From an uncultured Candidatus Saccharibacteria bacterium (lineage in GTDB: Bacteria > Patescibacteriota > Minisyncoccia > Minisyncoccales > CAYZYK01), in the NCBI GenBank assembly GCA_964507665.1, contig CAZDPT010000001.1:33912-97911 (forward strand): a stretch of 64,000 nt of DNA, written 5' to 3'. The position numbers and the translations under genes are program-made. Below, one piece after another: positions 18,964 through 27,295 of the stretch. The first letter of the stretch is position 1; each line of letters begins with the position of its first letter. The notes under the pieces were generated by a model. It made no database searches. It saw only the letters and a list, made by a program, of their open reading frames with translations, and had not been told where the DNA came from.

Positions 18964-19027
18964 TTTATTCAAAATGAATCCTTTTTTCAAATTGTTTTAC
19001 CCTTTGTTTAAGAGCAGGGTATTTTTT
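18964..19027. repeat. direct repeat A: relic copy of the recG 3' end (last 20 codons plus stop; 2 aa substitutions if translated on minus strand)
   Basis: About 88% identical to 19886..19950. The reverse complement reads KKYPALKQRVKQFEKRIHFE-stop versus the authentic RecG C-terminus KKYPALKKRVKQFEKKIHFE. Confidence 0.8.
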
Positions 19028-19053
19028 TAGTTTTTTGGATAGAGCGGATTTAT

Positions 19054-19107
19054 TTGACAACAAAGTTAACCTATGTTAGCTTACTAAACAAAGGTTAACT
19101 TAGGTTA
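19054..19107 (+). promoter_or_regulatory. promoter/operator of the HTH-doc module: TTGACA followed by two direct repeats GTTAACCTATGTTA / GTTAACTTAGGTTA (each containing GTTAAC)
   Basis: TTGACA at 19054-19059. 14-bp repeats at 19065-19078 and 19094-19107. ATG at 19118. Confidence 0.45.
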
Positions 19108-19117
19108 AAAACAAAAT

Positions 19118-19399
19118 ATGACAAACAAAAGCAAAAAAGCAAAAAAGCAAAAATTTTTGTCTACCACTGAATTAGCTGAGATTTTAGGTATCAGCCGGAT
19201 TGCAGTTTACAAGAAAATAAAAAAGGGAGAAATTAAAGCTCAAAAAATAGCAGGTAATTATGCTATCGATAAGAAAGATTTAGGGGGTATTTTAAAAGAA
19301 GAATTATCTCAAAAAGAAAAAGCAGAAATTGAAGAGGTAGTTGATAAGGTGGTTGAAGATTACGGTGAAACCCTTAAATTGTTATCTCGAAATGATTAA
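19118..19399 (+). CDS. excisionase-family helix-turn-helix DNA-binding protein, likely antitoxin/autorepressor of the downstream Doc toxin
   Basis: LSTTELAEILGISRIAVYKKIKKGEIKAQKIAGNYAIDKKDL (Xis/MerR-type HTH). Its stop overlaps the doc start (ATGATTAA). Confidence 0.6.
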   Translation: MTNKSKKAKKQKFLSTTELAEILGISRIAVYKKIKKGEIKAQKIAGNYAIDKKDLGGILKEELSQKEKAEIEEVVDKVVEDYGETLKLLSRND

Positions 19400-19817
19400 A
19401 TCTTTATCTAAAGCAGAAGTTAAAGAGATTGCCTTTGTGCTTGCCAAAAAGCATCTTGGTTTTGATGAACCAATTCCTGGTTTTGATAGTCGCTATCCTA
19501 ATATTTTAGAAAGTTGTCTTGTGGTTCCTTTTCAAACATTTACCAAAAAACCAGTTTACAAGGGTCTTATTGGAAAAGCATCAATCCTTTTTTATTTAAT
19601 GATTAAAAACCATCCATTTCAGAACGGCAATAAAAGGATTGCAATGACCACATTGCTTTTTTTTCTTTACAAAAACAAAAAATGGTTAGAGATTGACGCC
19701 AAAGAACTTTATAATTTTGCGGTTTGGGTCACAGAAAGCAACCCAAAAGTTAAGACCGAGACCATAGAATCTATTAAAAAGATTCTTAGAACCCACTTAG
19801 TTAATTTAAAGGAATAA
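19392..19817 (+). CDS. doc: Doc/Fic-family toxin (death-on-curing)
   Basis: Core motif HPFQNGNKR (compare P1 Doc HIFNDANKR). ATG at 19392 overlaps the upstream stop. The track ORF starts further upstream at 19341. Confidence 0.75.
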   Translation: MIKSLSKAEVKEIAFVLAKKHLGFDEPIPGFDSRYPNILESCLVVPFQTFTKKPVYKGLIGKASILFYLMIKNHPFQNGNKRIAMTTLLFFLYKNKKWLEIDAKELYNFAVWVTESNPKVKTETIESIKKILRTHLVNLKE

Positions 19818-19885
19818 TTTTAACAAGAAAGTCGTGTTCTCAAAGGGACACCTATAGAATCGCTGAAGATTGAAAAAAATAGAAG

Positions 19886-19950
19886 TTTATTCAAAATGAA
19901 TTTTCTTTTCAAATTGTTTTACCCTCTTTTTGAGAGCAGGGTATTTTTTT
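19886..19950. repeat. direct repeat B: authentic 3' end of recG (partner of 18964..19027)
   Basis: See repeat A. Confidence 0.8.
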
Positions 19951-22037
19951 AATTTGGGGTCCTCAGTTAGGATTTCTTTTGCTGATTCTCTTGTTTTTTC
20001 TACCAATTCTATATCCTTTAAGCTTGTCATAGCAAGGTCTGGAATACCCCATTGCCGATTTCCGTAAAGTTCCCCCGGACCCCTGATTTCAAGATCTTTT
20101 TCTGCCAGTTCAAAGCCATCCTCTGACTTTTCTAAGGCTTTTAATCTTTTTCTTGTTTTTTTTGTTCGAGAATTGGTAAACAAAAAACAATAGGATTGAT
20201 ATTTTGCCCTGCCTACTCTGCCCCGGAATTGATGAAGTTGAGCTAAACCAAATCTTTCAGCACCTTCAATCATCATAACTGTAGCTCTGGGGATATCAAT
20301 TCCTACTTCAACCACAGAGGTGGCAACTAAAATATCAATTTCTCCCTTTTTAAATTTTTTCATTGTTTTCTCTTTTTCTCTTGTTCCCATTTTACCGTGT
20401 AACATTCCAATTTTTAGATCAGGGAAAATCTCTTCTGAGAGTTTTTGATATTCTTCTTTTACGGCTTTCACTTCCCCCCAACCTGTTTTATCTTCTTCTT
20501 TTTCGGTGGGTTCTATCCTTGGACAAATTACAAAAACTCCTCTTCCTTTTTCAATTTCTTTTTTAATAAAGTTATAGGTTTGTTTCCTTTTATTTGAGGA
20601 GACAATTTTAGTTTTTACTTTTTTTCTACCTTTTGGTAATTCAGTAATTAAAGATAAGTCAAGATTACCGTAGACAGTTAAAGCTAAAGTTCTGGGAATT
20701 GGGGTGGCGGTCATAGATAAAAAGTGAGGAATAAATTCTTTTTGAAGACAGAGTTTTGCTCTTTGTTCAACTCCAAAACGGTGTTGTTCATCAACAATTA
20801 CTAAAGCTAGGTCTTTGAATTTAACCTTTTCCTGAATCAGAGCATGGGTTCCTATTAAAATATCTATTTCTCCTTCTTTTAATTTTTTTAATAACCTTCT
20901 GCGAGAAATTTCTAAAACTTCGTTTTTTAATTTTTTAGCGTTAACTTTATCTTGTTTTCCTGTTAAAAAACCAATTTTTAATTTAAAATCATCTAAGATT
21001 CTTCTTACTTTTCTAAAATGTTGTTTAGCTAAGATTTCAGTTGGAGCCATAAAAGCTACCTGATGTCGGTTTCTGGCTACATTTAAAGCAGCCATAGTAG
21101 CAACTACCGTTTTACCACTTCCAACATCACCTTCTAATAATCTTGACATAGGAGTGGGTTTTTCTAAATCCTTTAATATTTGCCAGGCTGCCTTTTTTTG
21201 AGAATCAGTTAGAGAAAAAGATAGAGATTCAGTAAAATCTTTCATTAATTCTGTGTCCATGGGACAAGAAACAGCTTTCTTTTTTTTCAATCGTAATTTT
21301 TCTTTTAAAACAGAAATTTGAATGAGAAACAATTCTTCAAAACCAAATCTTTTTTTAGCCCTTTTTGCTTTTTTTAGAGAATCAGGAAAATGAATTTGGA
21401 TTAGAGCTTCTTTTATAGGTAAGAGGTTGTATTTTCTTCTCATTTTTTCTGGAAGAGGATCTTGAATCTTATTTCTGAATTTAAAGAGTAGAGGTTTTAA
21501 AATATATCGTAACCATCTTGAGGATAAACCTTCTGTTTCTGGATAGACAGGAATTATTCTACCAGTATGAATTAATTTAGATTTTATCTCTTTGTTAAAT
21601 TTGTTCTCACTGGTAGTATTGGAAGAGGACTTTGAAATTTTTTCATAAATAGGATTATTAAGGTATAAACCCTCTTTTCCTAATTTAATTTTTCCTGCCA
21701 GACAAACAGTTGTGCCAGTTTTTAAAGTTTTTTTAAGGTAAGGTCGGTTAAACCATATTACCTTTAAGGGGGCTGTTTTATCTTGAACAATAGCTTGAGT
21801 TAAAATCATCTTTTTTTTCCATGTTCTTTTGTTTTCTATTTCTTTAATTTCTCCTTTAACACAAACTGTTTTGTTTGGGCTAATTTCTGCTATTTTGGTT
21901 ATTTCTGAAAAATCTTCATATCGGTGAGGAAAATGATAAAGCAGATCTCGTACATTTTTAATACCGAGTTTATTTAATCTTTTCTGGTATTTTTTTCCCA
22001 CATTAGGTATTTTTTTAATTGAAGTAGATAAATCCAT
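19887..22037 (-). CDS. recG: ATP-dependent DNA helicase RecG
   Basis: Wedge/OB N-terminal domain, helicase motifs GDVGSGKT (Walker A), VDEQHRFG (DEQH box), HGKM...QFRGRVGR. 716 aa. Confidence 0.9.
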   Translation of the reverse strand: MDLSTSIKKIPNVGKKYQKRLNKLGIKNVRDLLYHFPHRYEDFSEITKIAEISPNKTVCVKGEIKEIENKRTWKKKMILTQAIVQDKTAPLKVIWFNRPYLKKTLKTGTTVCLAGKIKLGKEGLYLNNPIYEKISKSSSNTTSENKFNKEIKSKLIHTGRIIPVYPETEGLSSRWLRYILKPLLFKFRNKIQDPLPEKMRRKYNLLPIKEALIQIHFPDSLKKAKRAKKRFGFEELFLIQISVLKEKLRLKKKKAVSCPMDTELMKDFTESLSFSLTDSQKKAAWQILKDLEKPTPMSRLLEGDVGSGKTVVATMAALNVARNRHQVAFMAPTEILAKQHFRKVRRILDDFKLKIGFLTGKQDKVNAKKLKNEVLEISRRRLLKKLKEGEIDILIGTHALIQEKVKFKDLALVIVDEQHRFGVEQRAKLCLQKEFIPHFLSMTATPIPRTLALTVYGNLDLSLITELPKGRKKVKTKIVSSNKRKQTYNFIKKEIEKGRGVFVICPRIEPTEKEEDKTGWGEVKAVKEEYQKLSEEIFPDLKIGMLHGKMGTREKEKTMKKFKKGEIDILVATSVVEVGIDIPRATVMMIEGAERFGLAQLHQFRGRVGRAKYQSYCFLFTNSRTKKTRKRLKALEKSEDGFELAEKDLEIRGPGELYGNRQWGIPDLAMTSLKDIELVEKTRESAKEILTEDPKLKKYPALKKRVKQFEKKIHFE

Positions 22038-22128
22038 AATTTTTAAATCTCCCTTATTTATATTAAACTATACTCAGGGTATAAATCAAAAAAAACTAAA
22101 GATTAAATATTAAAATTCAAGTGGTAAA

Positions 22129-23091
22129 ATGAAATTTAAGAAACATGGCCCGATATTGACTGCTCGAAATAGGAAAGATATTGGTGCCATATTCAATTGT
22201 GCTGCAATAGAGAAAGAAGGAGTAATTTATTTACTTCCAAGAGTAATTGAAAAAGGATACAAGAAAAGAAAAGAAGGGGGGTTTGATAAATATATTTCTA
22301 CTATTCATATTGCTGAGAGTGAAAATGGAAAGAATTTTAATCTTTCTCAAAAACCTTTTTTAGCTCCCGATGCACCTTATGATAAATATGGCTGTGAAGA
22401 CCCCAGAGTAGCAAAACTAGGAGATCGTTATTTTATAACCTATACTGCTCTTTCTGCTCCTGCTTATTCTGGTAAAGGGTGGCGAATTGGGTTAGCTTCA
22501 ACTAAGGATTTTTCTAATATTAAGAAACACGGAATTTTAGGTCCCAACACAGAGGACAAAAATGCTGTTATCTTTCCGGGTGTCATTAAGGGTAAAATTG
22601 TTGCTTTACATAGAATAGAACCAGAAATCCAAATAATATATTTTAATAACAAGGAAGATTTAACCAGCAACAAAAATCCTAATTTTTGGAAAGCTTACCT
22701 TGAAAGAATGGAGAGATATACAGTTTTGAAAAGAAAGTATAAATGGGAGAGAGTTAAAATTGGAGCAGGACCACCACCTATTAAAACAGAGAAAGGTTGG
22801 CTTCTGATTTATCATGGAGTTGATGCTGAAGAAATATACAGGGCTGGGGCTGTTCTTTTGGACTTAACTGATCCCGAGAAAATAATTGCAAGGAGTCCTC
22901 TGCCTATTTTAGAACCAACAGAAGATTATGAGAAAAAAGGCGATGTTCCTTCTGTTGTTTTTCCAACTGGGGCTGTGGTTCGGAAAGAAGAATTGTTTCT
23001 TTATTATGGTGCAGCTGATCAAAGGTGTTGTCTGGCAACTTGTAGTTTAAAAGAATTAATTAACTTTTTACTTAAAAAAGGAAAAAGGTAA
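22129..23091 (+). CDS. glycoside hydrolase family 130-like beta-mannoside phosphorylase/glycosidase (DUF377 fold)
   Basis: Conserved GCEDPRV (catalytic Asp in the EDPR motif), beta-propeller pattern, 320 aa. Confidence 0.6.
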   Translation: MKFKKHGPILTARNRKDIGAIFNCAAIEKEGVIYLLPRVIEKGYKKRKEGGFDKYISTIHIAESENGKNFNLSQKPFLAPDAPYDKYGCEDPRVAKLGDRYFITYTALSAPAYSGKGWRIGLASTKDFSNIKKHGILGPNTEDKNAVIFPGVIKGKIVALHRIEPEIQIIYFNNKEDLTSNKNPNFWKAYLERMERYTVLKRKYKWERVKIGAGPPPIKTEKGWLLIYHGVDAEEIYRAGAVLLDLTDPEKIIARSPLPILEPTEDYEKKGDVPSVVFPTGAVVRKEELFLYYGAADQRCCLATCSLKELINFLLKKGKR

Positions 23092-23095
23092 TTTT

Positions 23096-23785
23096 ATGGA
23101 TAAAGATTTAATTATTATTTCTGTTGGTGGATCTTTAATTGTTCCAGATGAGATTGATATAGTTTTTTTAAAATCTTTTAAGAAAATTATTCAAAATCAG
23201 ATTAAAAAAGGTAAAAGGTTTATTATTGTTTGTGGGGGAGGAAAGCTGGCAAGAGATTATCAAAAAGCAGCTGGAAGCCTTTCTGATATTAAAAAAGAAG
23301 AGCTTGATTGGATGGGTATTCAAGCTACTGTTATTAACGCTCATCTTTTGAAAATAATTTTTGGGAAACAAGCTTACCCTGAAATTATTAGAGATCCAAT
23401 CCAGAAAATAAAGTTCAAAGAAAAGATTCTCTTAGCAGCAGGATGGAAGCCAGGGTTTAGCACAGATTATGATGCTGTCTTGCTTGCTGAAAATTTTGAA
23501 GCAAAGAAAATTCTTAATTTGACGGATATTGACTACATTTACGATAAAGACCCAGATAAATTTAAAGAAGCTAAACCTATTAAAAAAATCTCTTGGAAGA
23601 GATTTATAAACCTTATACCTGAAGACTGGAAACCGGGTTTGAACTTTCCTTTTGATCCTGTTGCTGCAAGGAAGGCAAAAGAATTGAGTCTAGAAGTATC
23701 AATAGTTAATGGAAAAAAGAGGAAAAGAATAAATGATTATCTGAATGAAAAAGACTTCGTTGGGACGAAAATAATTCCTGATTAA
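23096..23785 (+). CDS. pyrH: archaeal-type UMP kinase (amino-acid-kinase family)
   Basis: SVGGSLIVPDEIDIVFL...VCGGGKLARDY matches the short (about 225 aa) archaeal PyrH pattern, including the TDYDAVLLAE block. Confidence 0.7.
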   Translation: MDKDLIIISVGGSLIVPDEIDIVFLKSFKKIIQNQIKKGKRFIIVCGGGKLARDYQKAAGSLSDIKKEELDWMGIQATVINAHLLKIIFGKQAYPEIIRDPIQKIKFKEKILLAAGWKPGFSTDYDAVLLAENFEAKKILNLTDIDYIYDKDPDKFKEAKPIKKISWKRFINLIPEDWKPGLNFPFDPVAARKAKELSLEVSIVNGKKRKRINDYLNEKDFVGTKIIPD

Positions 23786-23786
23786 A

Positions 23787-24230
23787 TTAAAGGTCTCTTC
23801 TCATCTGAATTTCTCCGCTTTTCTTCATTCTACATTTTTTATAGAAGGGAATTAATTCTTTTTTGCAATTTAAAATAACTTTATAGCAGTTTTTTTGTTC
23901 TGCTTTTTCAATTAGATGATTAACTATAATTTTTCCAATCCCTTTTCCTCGGGCCTTTTTATCTACTACTATATTTTCTATGTGTCCGTAGGGTCTTGTT
24001 CCATGAGAAAGATTTAATTGTCTGAGTAAAGTTCCTGTCCCTAGAATTTTTCCTTTCTCTTGATAAATACAGGTATAATAATTTTCATCAGTAATTATCT
24101 TCTTTAAAGTATTGGAAGGTTCTTTTCTGTCTATCTCTTTATCTCGTTTAGTTTTCGGACTAAGTTGATATAGTAGATTAAGTAAACTGTTTAAATCTTT
24201 TATTTCTACTTTTCTAATTTTATTTTTCAT
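23787..24230 (-). CDS. GNAT-family N-acetyltransferase
   Basis: Acetyl-CoA binding motif IVVDKKARGKGIGKIIVNHLIE. 147 aa. Divergent to glmS. Confidence 0.7.
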   Translation of the reverse strand: MKNKIRKVEIKDLNSLLNLLYQLSPKTKRDKEIDRKEPSNTLKKIITDENYYTCIYQEKGKILGTGTLLRQLNLSHGTRPYGHIENIVVDKKARGKGIGKIIVNHLIEKAEQKNCYKVILNCKKELIPFYKKCRMKKSGEIQMRRDL

Positions 24231-24239
24231 AAATAAATT

Positions 24240-26039
24240 ATGTGTGGAATTTGTGCCTATATCGGAGAAAGGGAATCCCTCCCTTTATTACTTGAAGGTT
24301 TAAAAAAACTTGAATATCGAGGATACGACAGCGCAGGAATCTGTATATTAAATGATTCTAATTTAAATATTGTAAAAAAACAAGGGAAGATCAAACAGTT
24401 GTCTCAACAACTGAAATTAAAAAAGTTGAAAGGTAATATTGGAATTTCACATACCAGATGGGCAACTCATGGAGCACCCAGTAAAGCTAATGCTCATCCT
24501 CAAACTGATTGTAAGGGAGAGATCGCAATAGTTCATAATGGGATAATTGAAAATTATCAAAGCCTGAAAGAATTATTAAAAAAAGAAGGTCATAAGTTTT
24601 CCTCAGAAACTGATTCTGAAGTTATAGCCCATCTCATAGAAAAATTTTACTCAGGTAATATTGAGAAAGCAACAATTAAAGCTTTGAAGTTAGTGAGGGG
24701 AGCTTTTGGGCTAGCAGTAGTTCACAAAGAAGAAAAAAAGATAATAGCAGCAAGAAGAGGATCTCCTTTAATTTTGGGTATAGGGAAAAATGAGATTTTT
24801 GTTGCTTCAGATATTCCTGCCATATTAAATCAGACTAAAAGAATAGTATATTTAAATGATAATGAAATTGCCTGTTTAAATCACAAGGGATATTCTATTA
24901 AAAATCTAGATGGTAAAGAAGTTAATAAAGAAATAAGTGAGGTGAAATGGACAGCAAGGCAGATAGAGAAAAAGGGCTTCAAACATTTTATGCTTAAAGA
25001 AATACTCGAACAGCCCACTTCAATAGAAAATACTCTCCGAGGAAGAGTAAAGAAGAATAGAATTAAATTGAGCCTTAATTTGGAAACTAACTCAATAAAG
25101 AGGATAATAATAACTGCTTGTGGAACAAGTTGGCATTCAGCTTTAATAGGGAAATATATAATTGAGAAGATGCTAGAAATTCCAGTAGAAGTTGATTATG
25201 CTTCAGAATTTAGATATAGGAATCCAATAATTAAGAAAGAAGATTTAGTAATTGTAATTTCTCAATCAGGAGAAACAGCAGATACTTTAGCTGCCTTAAG
25301 AGAAGCTAAAGAGAAAAAAGCTAAGACTTTAGGGATAATAAATGTAGTGGGTTCTACTATGACCAGAGAAGTTGATTCTGGAATATACTTACACGCAGGA
25401 CCTGAAATAGGAGTGGCTTCAACTAAAGCTTTTACTTGTCAGATTACAGCTTTGATTTTACTTTCTCTCTTTATAAAACAAGAGAAAGGAGAGAAAGTTA
25501 ACGAAAGGATTATCGAAAATCTTAGAGGAATTTCTTTAAAAGTAAAAGAAGCCCTGAAGAAATCAGATAATGTAAGAAAAACAGCAAGAGAATTTAAGAA
25601 TACTAAGAACTTTCTTTATTTAGGAAGGGGTTTAAATTTTCCTGTTGCTTTGGAGGGTGCTTTAAAACTTAAAGAAATCTCTTACATACATACTGAAGGA
25701 TATCCAGCAGCTGAAATGAAACACGGCCCCATCGCTCTAGTTGATAAAGATATGCCAGTAGTTTTTGTTTCTCCAAAAGACTCAACTTACCAAAAAATAT
25801 TAGCTAATATGGAAGAGATTAAAGCCAGGGGTGGTAAAATAATTGCTGTTACAACAAAGAGAGATAAAAAGATAGAAAGACTTGCTGATAATTTAATTAA
25901 AGTTCCTCAAACTGATGAACAGCTTTCTCCGATAGTAAATGTTATCCCCTTACAATTGTTTGCTTATCACATCGCTGATTTAAAAGGTATTGATGTTGAT
26001 AAACCAAGAAATTTAGCTAAATCTGTAACGGTAGAATAA
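24240..26039 (+). CDS. glmS: glutamine--fructose-6-phosphate aminotransferase (GlmS)
   Basis: N-terminal nucleophile MCGICAYIG, two SIS domains, C-terminal ...KSVTVE. 599 aa. Confidence 0.92.
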   Translation: MCGICAYIGERESLPLLLEGLKKLEYRGYDSAGICILNDSNLNIVKKQGKIKQLSQQLKLKKLKGNIGISHTRWATHGAPSKANAHPQTDCKGEIAIVHNGIIENYQSLKELLKKEGHKFSSETDSEVIAHLIEKFYSGNIEKATIKALKLVRGAFGLAVVHKEEKKIIAARRGSPLILGIGKNEIFVASDIPAILNQTKRIVYLNDNEIACLNHKGYSIKNLDGKEVNKEISEVKWTARQIEKKGFKHFMLKEILEQPTSIENTLRGRVKKNRIKLSLNLETNSIKRIIITACGTSWHSALIGKYIIEKMLEIPVEVDYASEFRYRNPIIKKEDLVIVISQSGETADTLAALREAKEKKAKTLGIINVVGSTMTREVDSGIYLHAGPEIGVASTKAFTCQITALILLSLFIKQEKGEKVNERIIENLRGISLKVKEALKKSDNVRKTAREFKNTKNFLYLGRGLNFPVALEGALKLKEISYIHTEGYPAAEMKHGPIALVDKDMPVVFVSPKDSTYQKILANMEEIKARGGKIIAVTTKRDKKIERLADNLIKVPQTDEQLSPIVNVIPLQLFAYHIADLKGIDVDKPRNLAKSVTVE

Positions 26040-26089
26040 AAAAAGAAATACTAAGTAAAAAAAAGAGGAGAGCACCTCTTTTTTGTTTA

Positions 26090-26161
26090 TGCCCTCGATA
26101 GGATTCGAACCTATAGTTCTTCCTCCGCAAGGAAACGTTTTATCCACTAAACTACGAGGGC
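26090..26161 (-). tRNA. tRNA, by manual fold tRNA-Arg with unusual anticodon GCG (G34 instead of A34)
   Basis: Minus-strand sequence GCCCTCG TA GTTT AGTGGATA AAAC G TTTCC TTGCGGA GGAAG AACT ATAGG TTCGAAT CCTAT CGAGGGC A. It aligns arm-by-arm with E. coli tRNA-Arg(ACG) except position 34. Confidence 0.6.
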
Positions 26162-26167
26162 AGTAAG

Positions 26168-26253
26168 CGGAGGGGGTGGGACTCGAACCCACATGGGAAT
26201 AATTCCCGCTGGTTTTCAAAACCAGTTCCTTGCCAAATTCGGAGCACCCCTCC
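26168..26253 (-). tRNA. tRNA-Ser (anticodon TGA), type II
   Basis: Acceptor GGAGGGG/CCCCTCC, anticodon stem CTGGT/ACCAG, loop TTTGAAA, long variable arm CGGGAATTATTCCCAT, T-arm GTGGG TTCGAGT CCCAC, discriminator G. Confidence 0.8.
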
Positions 26254-26373
26254 CCGGAAAACAGAATAGGCGGAATCCAAATAAGTTGTTCTAAGATAGA
26301 AAGAGCCCGAGGAGTAAATTCTTGCCATATCCCGCCTTAAAAAAACTCAAACAGCCTAAGGGTTTTTCAATTG

Positions 26374-26462
26374 CTGGCGGAGGAGGTGGGATTCGAACCC
26401 ACAAGCGGTTTTATCCGCGCAAGTTTAGCAAACTTGTGGCTTGCCATTCGCCGCACTCCTCC
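26374..26462 (-). tRNA. tRNA-Ser (anticodon GCT), type II, CCA encoded
   Basis: Acceptor GGAGGAG/CTCCTCC, anticodon stem CAAGT/ACTTG, loop TTGCTAA, variable arm with GCGG/CCGC stem, T-loop TTCGAAT, 3' GCCA. Confidence 0.8.
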
Positions 26463-26515
26463 TCTTTCCACTCTATTTTAATGAAAAAAAACATTAAAGT
26501 CAATTTTTTGTATCT

Positions 26516-27250
26516 TTATCCTTCTCTGGCTACTGTAATACCAAAAACTCTTTTTGCTCCTGCTTTCTTTAAAGTTTTAGTAGCTTCTTCTATAGTAGCT
26601 CCGGTGGTGTAAACATCATCAATTAAAAATATCTTTTTTCCTTTTATCTCCTTTGGGTTCTGGCAAGAAAAAGAATCTTTAATATTCTCTTTTTTAAGTT
26701 TAATCTCAGTAGGAGTTGGTTCTGTCTTAATTAAGCAATCTTCAACAACAGGAACGGAAACAGAAGGGAAATAGGGATGATTTTTAAGATTTTCAGAGAG
26801 AGCCTCAGCCAGAAGAGTTGCTGGATTGAACCCTCTTTTTTTTAACTCTTTTTTGTATAAAGGAACAGGGACAAGTATTGATTTTTTAAAGATCTTTCCT
26901 AAATTTTTACCAGATAAAAGAAAGTGATCTATTATTAAAAGAGAAAAGGGTTGGGCTAATTCTTTGACATAGGGTTCGTGTTTGAAATTTGAGATTAATC
27001 TTTTAATTAAATAATTCTCTTTGTAAGAGGTCGCATAATAAAGACCTGAGAGTTTTTTTGAAGAACATTTTTTGCATTTTCCAGCATCAGGAAGTAGTAA
27101 AGGATTTTTGTTACAAAGACATTTTTGGTTCTCTAAAATATCAAGAGTAGATTTACAATCTTCACAGAGATAATTACCTTCTCGACCACACCCTAGACAG
27201 AATTTTGGGAAAATAATATTTTTTAGAACTTTTTTTATTACAGAAAACAT
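26516..27250 (-). CDS. comF: ComF-family protein (double zinc-ribbon plus phosphoribosyltransferase domain)
   Basis: N-terminal CLGCG...CEDC...C..C zinc ribbons. C-terminal PRTase motif KKIFLIDDVYTTGATI. Confidence 0.8.
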   Translation of the reverse strand: MFSVIKKVLKNIIFPKFCLGCGREGNYLCEDCKSTLDILENQKCLCNKNPLLLPDAGKCKKCSSKKLSGLYYATSYKENYLIKRLISNFKHEPYVKELAQPFSLLIIDHFLLSGKNLGKIFKKSILVPVPLYKKELKKRGFNPATLLAEALSENLKNHPYFPSVSVPVVEDCLIKTEPTPTEIKLKKENIKDSFSCQNPKEIKGKKIFLIDDVYTTGATIEEATKTLKKAGAKRVFGITVAREG

Positions 27251-27295
27251 TTTGTTAATTTAAAGATTACAATTTTTAAGGTATAATAGAACAAT

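Noticed and set aside
19341-19391. Upstream extension of doc to the ATG at 19341 as called in the ORF track
   Set aside because: The extension overlaps the antitoxin gene in another frame. The ATG at 19392 forms the classic ATGATTAA stop/start overlap and yields a Doc protein of typical length.
26013-26612. Track ORFs 26013..26219 (-) and 26322..26612 (+)
   Set aside because: They overlap three well-folded tRNA genes (Arg-like, Ser-TGA, Ser-GCT). GC-rich tRNA DNA lacks stop codons, which creates chance ORFs.
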